DNA from: a virus
Direction: 5' to 3' (one strand)
DNA length: 64,000 bases
Virus record (IMG/VR): IMGVR_UViG_3300037487_001316
Span: 70,155 to 134,154 of that record
Positions 19,583 to 27,870 of this stretch are shown here, one piece after another (the first letter of the stretch is position 1; every line of letters begins with the position of its first letter). The notes below the pieces were generated by a model. It ran no database searches. It was not told the DNA's origin and was given only the letters and a program-made list of their open reading frames with translations. A program made the position numbers and the translations under genes.

Positions 19583-21025
19583 ATGAAACTCTCTAAAAAC
19601 ATTATTTTAAATTCTGACTCGTACAAATACAGTCAGTTCAATCAATACCCTAAAAATACCGAATATGTGTATTCTTACATTGAATCGCGTGGCGGTCAGT
19701 GGAACAAAACAGTCTTTTTCGGACTGCAGGCATTTATTAAGGAGTATTTGACTACTCCAATCACAAAGGAAGATATTGATGTTGCGGAAGCCATTATCAC
19801 TGCTCACGGTGAACCGTTTTATCGGGAAGGGTGGGAATATATTCTTACGGCGCACGAAGGTCGTCTTCCAGTCGTCATTAAAGCGGCCCCAGAAGGTTGT
19901 CTCATACCAACTAAGAACGTATTAGCCACAATTGAAAACACTGACCGCAACTGCGGCTGGCTGACATCGTTTCTTGAGACTGCAATTCTTCGCGCAATTT
20001 GGTATCCGACTACTGTAGCAACAAATAGTTACGAATCGAAGAAAATTATCCTCAACGCATTGGAGAAAACAGGTGACCCCACTCTTATTGATTTTAAGTT
20101 ACATGATTTTGGTGCTCGTGGCGTATCGAGCATGGAAAGTGCTGGTCTCGGGGGAGCAGCTCACCTCATTAACTTCATGGGTACTGACAATATTAGTGCT
20201 CTACTCTACGCTCGCGAGTATTATGGTACTGATATGGCAGGATTCTCCATTCCGGCCATGGAGCATAGTACAGTAACCAGCTGGGGACGCGAAGGAGAAG
20301 TAGACTCATACAGGAACATGCTGAAAACACACGGTAAGGCGGGTTCTCCGATTGCGTTTGTGTCTGACTCATACGACATTTACAATGCCTGCAAGATGTG
20401 GGGCACTGAACTGAAACAAGATGTGCTGGATTCCGGTGCAGTCGTTGTCATTCGTCCTGACTCAGGTGAGCCAAGCGAAGTAGTTACCAAGTGTCTCTAC
20501 ATTCTGGAAAAGTACTACGGTTCTGTGAAGAACGCTAAGGGCTTCCGAGTGCTGAACAATGTGCGTGTCATTCAAGGTGACGGCATCGATCACGCCACAA
20601 TTCGCTCAATTCTGTTTGTCATGGAACTTGCAGGCTTCTCTGCTGACAACGTGGCATTTGGTCAAGGTGGTGCGCTGCTTCAACAAGTCAACCGTGACAC
20701 ACTACAGTTTGCTATGAAGTGTTCTGCGATCGGTGTTCGTGAGTATGTAGAGTTTAGCGATGATCCAACATTTGTCACCCCGTCTCGGGTAGAATGGCGT
20801 GATGTGTTCAAGGATCCGATCACTGATCACGGCAAGGTCTCCAAGAAGGGTCGCGTAACTCTTTGGAACAGCGGTGGCGAGTATGTATCTGCTGTGGATC
20901 AACCACGCGGTTGGGCTGACAAGAGTTTCGGACCATGGGTTGAGGCTCTCTCGGAAGTTTATCGTGACGGTGTGTTGGTGAAAGAAATCACCTTTGAAGA
21001 AGTCCGTGCAAACGCTCGGAGGTAA
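19583..21025 (+). CDS. nadV: Nicotinamide phosphoribosyltransferase (NAMPT)
   Basis: DSYK, LHDFGARG, PAMEHS, VSDSYD, IRPDSG, IQGDG, AMKCS and SKKG motifs. Confidence 0.95.
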   Translation: MKLSKNIILNSDSYKYSQFNQYPKNTEYVYSYIESRGGQWNKTVFFGLQAFIKEYLTTPITKEDIDVAEAIITAHGEPFYREGWEYILTAHEGRLPVVIKAAPEGCLIPTKNVLATIENTDRNCGWLTSFLETAILRAIWYPTTVATNSYESKKIILNALEKTGDPTLIDFKLHDFGARGVSSMESAGLGGAAHLINFMGTDNISALLYAREYYGTDMAGFSIPAMEHSTVTSWGREGEVDSYRNMLKTHGKAGSPIAFVSDSYDIYNACKMWGTELKQDVLDSGAVVVIRPDSGEPSEVVTKCLYILEKYYGSVKNAKGFRVLNNVRVIQGDGIDHATIRSILFVMELAGFSADNVAFGQGGALLQQVNRDTLQFAMKCSAIGVREYVEFSDDPTFVTPSRVEWRDVFKDPITDHGKVSKKGRVTLWNSGGEYVSAVDQPRGWADKSFGPWVEALSEVYRDGVLVKEITFEEVRANARR

Positions 21026-21026
21026 C

Positions 21027-21323
21027 ATGAACATCTACACCGTCCGAAACAATCTGAAAAACACAATCGTTGGCAAGGAGGAACACCTTGCCAAACTCAT
21101 ACCTAATGCCCAAGAGGCAGTGACACCATTTGTTGCCGATCGTATTGCTATAAAAACAGCAATCCAATACCTTTCAGTCAACATTGGCGAACTCAGGCGT
21201 ATCCTTCGGGATGTGGAACAATGCTGTAAGAAGGCTACCGATCAATCCTGGGAGGCTAACCCAGATCGTATGGGCGGTGCCTCCACAGCAGACGAAATTA
21301 ATGAATCTAGAGCCTGGAGGTAA
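21027..21323 (+). CDS. Hypothetical protein
   Basis: GGAGG RBS before ATG 21027. Confidence 0.7.
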   Translation: MNIYTVRNNLKNTIVGKEEHLAKLIPNAQEAVTPFVADRIAIKTAIQYLSVNIGELRRILRDVEQCCKKATDQSWEANPDRMGGASTADEINESRAWR

Positions 21324-21345
21324 TTATGTCGAGCCGGGCTCTTTT

Positions 21346-24207
21346 TTATTCGTCTCTTGATGTAGCTACAGTTAGACCAGCTGTACCTAACTTCATTACA
21401 TCGCCCTTTCCTAATACGGTGCTTTGATAAATTAATGGAAATATCATTATATCATTGTCACCCTCATTAGGTCCTAATACATAACGACCATTTGGTCTTA
21501 ATCCTGCAGCATTTGCTTCAGCAGCACTTAAAGATATGCAAGGCAGCTTAGTGGCACCCTCAGTCTGTCTTTCTTTCTGTGTTCTAATATGGCTTGTCTT
21601 TAGTCCCGATGACTGTTCAAGTGATATCATTAATGTTGGTCTATTTTCATCATTACTGATATTCGCATAAAATTGTTTACCGAATTCTTTAGCAAAATCT
21701 ACATTAAAATCGATAGTGACTGATTTTTTAGATTGAGTATCTGTTCCACCACCGGAATTGATCCACTCCTGGGCATCACTTACGGCATCTTTATTACTCA
21801 GTGATACTCCTCTGTGCTTTTCTTCACCCCTTCTATCTAACACCATCCATTCTGTCTTGCCACCATCTGTTGATGGGCGATATCTAATTGTCCAACCATG
21901 AAAATCTATATTTACGGGTTTGGCCTTTGGTTTAGCTGCCTGTGCATCTGTGTGTTGTTTTCCTAATATATCAGCGAATTGATTCATATCGACTGCTTCC
22001 AAGAATTTACTTAATCTACTTTCATACGTTTCAGCTAGACCAGCCGCCTGCGCTTGCTGATCTAGTTGAGCTTTCTTTCTGACCAACTCCTTTTTCATGA
22101 CAGGACTCTTAGAAGTATGCGGATCCATTTGTATACGTTGTAATTCTTTACGGCGAGAGAAATAAGCATCTTTACTTAATGCTGGTGCGGCATCTTCTAC
22201 TTTTACAGTAGATCCTCTCCACTTATCAGTGACATCATTTAGTACATCTTGATAATTTACATCGTTAGATGGAGCACAACGATTGATGCCACCCATACCA
22301 CCTTCATTTACATCACCAATCATAGTTGCATAGTCATCCATTGTGAGTGTTCTGCCTTCCTGGCTTAACTCGATTAACTTCTCGGCTGCATTGTGCAAAT
22401 CTAAGTCGGTTTTTGCGTCTTCTTTGGCGTATTCCATGATCCGAATCAATAAAGGTACATCTACTGTTACTGTATCGGCAGGATTATTGATTTCTTCGCC
22501 TTCCGCCACACCTTTTCTGCCCATCTCACCTTGACGCATACTGTAGTCAGTATAATCATCTTCGGAGCCTTGGTCAAATGAACCATCTAAACTAGCATCA
22601 TTAAACGAAGTCGACCATGCATCTTGATATATAGAATCTTCTGGATCGTATCCTAAATGTTTAGCAACACGGGCGCCCATCTGTTGGATTGTCTCTGCAT
22701 CCTTGCCTTGGTCGTATAGCTTGATCAATACACCGGCAATCTTATCCTTCATTTGTTCGTATTTGATATAGCCGGGAGTAGAGCCTTCCGCCACACCTTG
22801 ACCCATTGTCTGAACCATACCTGGCTCGAATTTACGTAGATTGATTCTGCGTGCTTCTAACCATTTTTGTATATCAGGACGATTAAAATTGAAAATCTTA
22901 CATTCTGCATCAGCATATTGTTGTTGTAAGTCTCCTAACTGCTCTTTATCTTTAATTCTGGCATAAACTTTCTGTCCATTAGATAATTTAGCATAGAACA
23001 GTATATCCTTTCCAGCGTAACCATATGACTTATCTTTAAGTTTACCTAATGCACGTGGTAAATCTTGTTGTGTGACTCTTTTGGCCTTATCATAATCTGT
23101 TCGAGCTAATTCTTTTGCCTTATCTATTCTTGCCGGTACATATCTTTTCACAGTTTCGCGATCTAATTCATTAATTTGCTCTTCGTCCACATCTTGTTTT
23201 TCTGTTGCTGCCTTCTGTGCTGCCCTTCTTTTATCACTTTCACCTTGATGAAGTGTTGCTTGGTGAATTTTATGATAAAGTTCATCACCTTTCTTATAAT
23301 CGCCAGCGTCATCCGCAGCAGTTTTTTGTTTACCTATCGCAGCCTTATATTTGGTTATAATGTTGTCCATCTCATTTACTTCGGTAGATTCTTTCATCTG
23401 ACCTAATAACTCTTGTGCTTTTTCTACACTAATTAGAAATCTACCAAAACGCTGTGGATCGGCAGCTTTCTCTAGATATTCTTTACTATAACCCGATGAA
23501 GGCTTTTCTGCAGACGCAGGCGCAGATGTTTGTTGTTTACCGTTTTCTCTATCCTGTAATTCTGCCTTGGCATTATCAACACTTACCATAAACCGCCCGA
23601 AACGATTAGGATCTGCTGCTTTTTGCAAATATTCGGTACTATAACTACTGAGATCCTGCCGATTTTGTTGTTGTTGAACACGTTGATTTAATGTAACTTG
23701 ATCTTGTGGCTGAAACCCTTGCTCTGGATTAAGAGATACGCCGCCAGCATGTGCGCCACCCGAGCCTAGCGATCCCAATGCCACGGCACCAGCCGCCACC
23801 GCATTTTTCCACCCTGCTTCTGTGATCTCATCATCTCCATCTGCAAGTTTTTCCACAACAGTAACATTATTAGTTGATGTTTTCATTAGTCTGCCATCAG
23901 CTAGACGGAAAAATACCACATTCTGATCAATTCTTTCAACTTTACCTTCCATGTCTGTCTTATTAGTTCGGATATTATCACCTGGTCTGGGAGTATCAGA
24001 CATATCTTCGTTGGCTGTGGCACGTTCATCACGTTGTCTTTGTTCCGAACGATCTTGCTCTCTATGCCATTCATCATTACCGGAGTTTTTTCTGGGTGTA
24101 GAAGGAAGAGCCTTTAAATGCTTTCTTGATTGTAGATAATCAGTGACTCTTTTAGTAATTTCAGGTCCCGATGGAATATCGGCTTCATTAACTTGTGATA
24201 ACTTCAT
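21346..24207 (-). CDS. Modular internal-head polyprotein-like protein (953 aa)
   Basis: Own minus-strand GATAAATA (24230-24237) and AAGGA RBS; MKLSQVNE start; unrelated modules separated by [ILV]-x-E motifs. Confidence 0.7.
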   Translation of the reverse strand: MKLSQVNEADIPSGPEITKRVTDYLQSRKHLKALPSTPRKNSGNDEWHREQDRSEQRQRDERATANEDMSDTPRPGDNIRTNKTDMEGKVERIDQNVVFFRLADGRLMKTSTNNVTVVEKLADGDDEITEAGWKNAVAAGAVALGSLGSGGAHAGGVSLNPEQGFQPQDQVTLNQRVQQQQNRQDLSSYSTEYLQKAADPNRFGRFMVSVDNAKAELQDRENGKQQTSAPASAEKPSSGYSKEYLEKAADPQRFGRFLISVEKAQELLGQMKESTEVNEMDNIITKYKAAIGKQKTAADDAGDYKKGDELYHKIHQATLHQGESDKRRAAQKAATEKQDVDEEQINELDRETVKRYVPARIDKAKELARTDYDKAKRVTQQDLPRALGKLKDKSYGYAGKDILFYAKLSNGQKVYARIKDKEQLGDLQQQYADAECKIFNFNRPDIQKWLEARRINLRKFEPGMVQTMGQGVAEGSTPGYIKYEQMKDKIAGVLIKLYDQGKDAETIQQMGARVAKHLGYDPEDSIYQDAWSTSFNDASLDGSFDQGSEDDYTDYSMRQGEMGRKGVAEGEEINNPADTVTVDVPLLIRIMEYAKEDAKTDLDLHNAAEKLIELSQEGRTLTMDDYATMIGDVNEGGMGGINRCAPSNDVNYQDVLNDVTDKWRGSTVKVEDAAPALSKDAYFSRRKELQRIQMDPHTSKSPVMKKELVRKKAQLDQQAQAAGLAETYESRLSKFLEAVDMNQFADILGKQHTDAQAAKPKAKPVNIDFHGWTIRYRPSTDGGKTEWMVLDRRGEEKHRGVSLSNKDAVSDAQEWINSGGGTDTQSKKSVTIDFNVDFAKEFGKQFYANISNDENRPTLMISLEQSSGLKTSHIRTQKERQTEGATKLPCISLSAAEANAAGLRPNGRYVLGPNEGDNDIMIFPLIYQSTVLGKGDVMKLGTAGLTVATSRDE
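22498..22799 (-). repeat. Exact 17-bp direct repeat AAGGTGTGGCGGAAGGC (22783-22799 and 22498-22514) bounding an in-frame 285-bp unit
   Basis: Both copies read directly; each encodes G-V-A-E-G. Confidence 0.9.
23404..23648 (-). repeat. Duplicated ~30-aa motif within the polyprotein
   Basis: YSTEYLQKAADPNRFGRFMVSVDNA versus YSKEYLEKAADPQRFGRFLISVEKA. Confidence 0.85.
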
Positions 24208-24243
24208 AAGAAATCCTTTTCGTTTAAGCTATTTATCCATAAT

Positions 24244-24272
24244 TTGATCTTTCAGTTCACATTGTGTATAAT
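24244..24272 (+). promoter_or_regulatory. Sigma70-like promoter
   Basis: TTGATC-17-TATAAT with TG extension. Confidence 0.65.
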
Positions 24273-24338
24273 GACTTATCCCTAGGACTAAATACTAGTC
24301 CCTTGTATATCCAAGAAGGGAATTTAGGAGAAAGAAAG

Positions 24339-24881
24339 ATGATAACAGCAAAAATTCTCCTTGCATATCTTTTGAGCACAGCCAACTTCGTCGGAATCGA
24401 CGTTGACACATCAAAGATTGATCCAGAACAAGCGTATTGCTTGGCTGAGAACATCTATTATGAGGCCAGAAATGAAGATATTCGAGGTCAATTTGCAGTT
24501 GCTTCTGTTACCCTAAATCGTGCAAATGATGCACGATTTCCAAATACTGTATGTGGTGTGGTTAAATATACTGCTGTATCTCGTATCAGTAAAAAACTTG
24601 TCTGCGCGTTTTCCTGGTATTGCGAAAATGACAAGAAGGGTAGAGAAATACCTGTAAGAAATAAAGACGGAACCGTTAATCAACGAGTAGTTGATCAATT
24701 TCAGGTTGCTAGTATTGTAGCGATTACAGCACTTGGCGGAACTGTCGAAGACAACACAAATGGGGCAACCCATTTTCACAACCCATACACGAGTCAGCCG
24801 GCATGGCGTAATGAGTTAAAGAGAACCATAAGATTAGGTAATCACGATTTTTATAAGATGCCACCACAGAAAGTAGATTAA
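24339..24881 (+). CDS. Cell wall hydrolase, SleB/Hydrolase_2 family
   Basis: CLAENIYYEARNE, VTLNR, FSW, GATHFH and GNHDFY motifs; hydrophobic N-terminus. Confidence 0.9.
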   Translation: MITAKILLAYLLSTANFVGIDVDTSKIDPEQAYCLAENIYYEARNEDIRGQFAVASVTLNRANDARFPNTVCGVVKYTAVSRISKKLVCAFSWYCENDKKGREIPVRNKDGTVNQRVVDQFQVASIVAITALGGTVEDNTNGATHFHNPYTSQPAWRNELKRTIRLGNHDFYKMPPQKVD

Positions 24882-24886
24882 ATAGC

Positions 24887-24907
24887 CGGGGCTTCGGCCC
24901 CGTTTTT
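24887..24907 (+). terminator. Rho-independent terminator
   Basis: CGGGGC-TTCG-GCCCCG followed by TTTTT. Confidence 0.85.
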
Positions 24908-24909
24908 AT

Positions 24910-25191
24910 ATGGGATATATACCACCACAACCACCTAACTGGAGATGCGACCCGGGTCTTGTATCTATATACGAATATAAGAGAAAGTTTGCATTATTAC
25001 CGGTTAAATGTGATGATGGAACAAAAGTATGGTTTAAATTCTATTACAAGAAATACGAAATCTGGTCACATGGTAGATTTGGAGTCAAAGGATCTCTCAA
25101 TTTTGATGAAAATGATTATTTACATACCGACTTTATTGGATGTCTAACAGAAGCTGATTATATAGTCTGCCGACTTGTTGAAGGATTTTGA
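24910..25191 (+). CDS. Hypothetical protein
   Basis: ORF with a KFALLPV...VW motif. Confidence 0.65.
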   Translation: MGYIPPQPPNWRCDPGLVSIYEYKRKFALLPVKCDDGTKVWFKFYYKKYEIWSHGRFGVKGSLNFDENDYLHTDFIGCLTEADYIVCRLVEGF

Positions 25192-25216
25192 CTTTCGTTA
25201 GATTTTCGTGTACACT
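25188..25216 (+). promoter_or_regulatory. Sigma70-like promoter
   Basis: TTGACT-17-TACACT. Confidence 0.65.
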
Positions 25217-25235
25217 TTGCATATCAGGAGAAGAT

Positions 25236-25922
25236 ATGCAAGATAATATTATAAAAGTTTTAGATCATGGCCATGTAAGATTGGTCGAAAGCATGGGTAG
25301 CGACTTATCCATTGTGCGTAATGCCAGAGTATCGTATGATGCAGACTGGCGTGCAGGTGACGACGATGGCAAAGATGCCAAATTGCTCCATTACCTATTA
25401 AAAAATAAACATACAAGCCCGTTTGAATCCTGTGTTTTTACATTTGACGTAAAAGCACCTATCTTTGTATTTAGACAGTGGCATAGACATCGTACTTGGA
25501 GTTTCAATGAGATTTCTGCTCGTTATGCAGAGCTGCCAGAAGAGTTTTATGTCCCGGCGTTAGATCAAATCACCACTCAATCGGCATCAAATAAGCAGAT
25601 GCGTACAGATGAGCAGCACCCGGATGCCGCTGGCGTAGCCGAAATTATCAAATCAGCGAGTGAAGCTTCGTTTAATCACTACCATAAGCTAATATTAAAT
25701 GGTTGTCCGCGTGAGTTGGCACGATCAGTATTACCGGTCGGGACATATAGTCATATGTTTGCTACCTGCGACTTACATAACCTATTCCACTTCCTTAAAC
25801 TTCGGCTACATTCACATGCTCAATATGAAATTAGAGTATATGCGGAAGCAATGCTCAAATTAATCGAACCTATCGTCCCGATTTCCACAGCCGCTTTCAG
25901 AGAACACATATTAGGGGCATAA
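25236..25922 (+). CDS. thyX: Flavin-dependent thymidylate synthase
   Basis: HTSPFE, RHR-x7-SARY, ARSVLP and HAQYEIR motifs. Confidence 0.95.
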   Translation: MQDNIIKVLDHGHVRLVESMGSDLSIVRNARVSYDADWRAGDDDGKDAKLLHYLLKNKHTSPFESCVFTFDVKAPIFVFRQWHRHRTWSFNEISARYAELPEEFYVPALDQITTQSASNKQMRTDEQHPDAAGVAEIIKSASEASFNHYHKLILNGCPRELARSVLPVGTYSHMFATCDLHNLFHFLKLRLHSHAQYEIRVYAEAMLKLIEPIVPISTAAFREHILGA

Positions 25923-25923
25923 T

Positions 25924-26253
25924 ATGATTTATTTAACCGCGGAAGAGACAGAAAAGATTGCATTATTAGATAAGATATTCCGGGTATTATCTGCAGACGA
26001 TATTAAGCAGCTTTTTGGTTGTGATCTAGTTGTCGGTAAGCTTAAAGGGGTAGAAACAAAGGGCCCAGGGCGTTTATCAGAGGTATTAACTGAATTACAA
26101 GTCTTGCAGAATATGGTAGCATCGTTACAAATAGAAAGTACAAGTTTAAAGAATGATTTTCAGTCTCTAATACGGTGTTTAAATAAAGGCATGGGCGATT
26201 CTACTGCTTCCAGTGATTTCTACACTCTAAAAAGCAAGCACGGTGTCTATTAA
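25924..26253 (+). CDS. Hypothetical coiled-coil protein
   Basis: ORF in operon. Confidence 0.65.
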   Translation: MIYLTAEETEKIALLDKIFRVLSADDIKQLFGCDLVVGKLKGVETKGPGRLSEVLTELQVLQNMVASLQIESTSLKNDFQSLIRCLNKGMGDSTASSDFYTLKSKHGVY

Positions 26254-26321
26254 TTGATAAATAACTGTGCTACACAAAGGTAGCAAAAATCAAAAACATA
26301 CCATCACAAAGGAAGGTACAT

Positions 26322-27002
26322 ATGTCATACAATAAAACAAAATGCGATCCCATTCTGGGTCAACAAGTACACGAACATCTGATTAAAATGGGCGTCGAAA
26401 CGCCAACGTTTCAAACATCGCTAGATCGTAAAGATAAAATAGTCGAAATTGAAAAATCATTTGCACATATCATGCAGGTGTTAGGTCTAGATCTCGACGA
26501 TGATTCCCTGATCGAAACACCGAAGCGTGTTGCCAAGATGTATGTGAACGAAATCTTTTGGGGGCTTGATTATGAGGCGTTCCCAAAATGCACTACAGTA
26601 GATAATAAGATGAAATACGACGAAATGGTCGTTGAAAGGGACGTAAATGTACAATCTAACTGCGAACATCACTTTGTTGTTATTGATGGTCTTGCAACGG
26701 TCGCTTATATTCCTAAGCAAAAGGTACTGGGCCTTAGTAAAATTAATCGGATCGTTGAATACTTTAGTAAGAGGCCGCAAATCCAAGAGCGACTGACTGA
26801 ACAGGTCTTTCATGCTCTTCAATATATCTTAGAAACAGATAATATTGGTGTAGTTATTCATGCTCAACACTTTTGCGTTAAGAGTCGTGGCGTTGAAGAC
26901 TCTGGTTCCAGTACTGTAACAAGTAAACTGGGAGGAGTCTTCAAGTCTGACCCAAATGTTAGAACCGAGTTTATGAGATTAGTATCGATAACCAAGGATT
27001 GA
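26322..27002 (+). CDS. folE: GTP cyclohydrolase I
   Basis: TPKRVAK, CEHH, GLSK, QIQERLT and HFCVKSRG motifs. Confidence 0.95.
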   Translation: MSYNKTKCDPILGQQVHEHLIKMGVETPTFQTSLDRKDKIVEIEKSFAHIMQVLGLDLDDDSLIETPKRVAKMYVNEIFWGLDYEAFPKCTTVDNKMKYDEMVVERDVNVQSNCEHHFVVIDGLATVAYIPKQKVLGLSKINRIVEYFSKRPQIQERLTEQVFHALQYILETDNIGVVIHAQHFCVKSRGVEDSGSSTVTSKLGGVFKSDPNVRTEFMRLVSITKD

Positions 27003-27003
27003 T

Positions 27004-27351
27004 ATGTCTAAGAAACGAATGTTTGACAAATTACGGCAAATACCTGTCGGAGAGATGTTAGAAAAATTACACGAAATTAGAAAACCGTCTCCTGCCATAT
27101 GGTTGGGAGAAATCACGAAATCGCGAGATGATTATTATACAGATGTACAATTTCATTTCGAACGAGTTAAGTTATTAGAGAAGCATGGCTGGAAATACGA
27201 AGAATTTCTTTTAGAATTAGAAAAGAAAAGCATACTAGACCTGATTAGAGAATTTAATGATAATATACAATTCCCTGCAGAATTAGTTGACCGGGCAAAA
27301 CGATTTTTTCCTAATGCAAAATTTATACAGGCAAGCATTGAGCTTGAATAA
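27004..27351 (+). CDS. Hypothetical protein
   Basis: ORF between folE and queD. Confidence 0.65.
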   Translation: MSKKRMFDKLRQIPVGEMLEKLHEIRKPSPAIWLGEITKSRDDYYTDVQFHFERVKLLEKHGWKYEEFLLELEKKSILDLIREFNDNIQFPAELVDRAKRFFPNAKFIQASIELE

Positions 27352-27353
27352 TC

Positions 27354-27830
27354 ATGACAAAATATATAAGTACAAAAACATATAATCAACTAGGTCCAGT
27401 AGCATATCGTCAGTGGAGGTCAGATTCTCATTGTAATCTTATCCACGGATATGCCTTATCATTTCATCTCGAGTTTGAAGCCGATACATTAGATGCCCGT
27501 AATTGGGTGTTTGACTTTGGCGGATTAAAACCTCTTAAGGGTGTTCTTGAAGATTGGTTTGATCATACATTACTTGTTGCAGAAGATGACCCAATGAAAG
27601 CTGAATTATTACACTTAGGTGAGTTAAAATTGGCAAAAATTACTGTGGTTGAGAAAGCAGGGTGCGAAGGTATTGCTGATTTCATATATGAATATATCAA
27701 CACAATCTTTTTACCTAATTGCGGATCAGCAGAAGCAGAACGAGTATGGTGCTGTAAAGTAGAAGTAAGAGAAACAGATGCAAATATGGCATTACGCCAA
27801 GGTCATCGCGAAGATAACGAATACCAATAA
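27354..27830 (+). CDS. queD: 6-carboxy-tetrahydropterin synthase (QueD/PTPS family)
   Basis: HCNLIHGY, DFGGLK, FDH and EVRET motifs. Confidence 0.88.
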   Translation: MTKYISTKTYNQLGPVAYRQWRSDSHCNLIHGYALSFHLEFEADTLDARNWVFDFGGLKPLKGVLEDWFDHTLLVAEDDPMKAELLHLGELKLAKITVVEKAGCEGIADFIYEYINTIFLPNCGSAEAERVWCCKVEVRETDANMALRQGHREDNEYQ

Positions 27831-27870
27831 CAGAAATTATATCAGGGGCTGATTTGACGATAAATATTAC

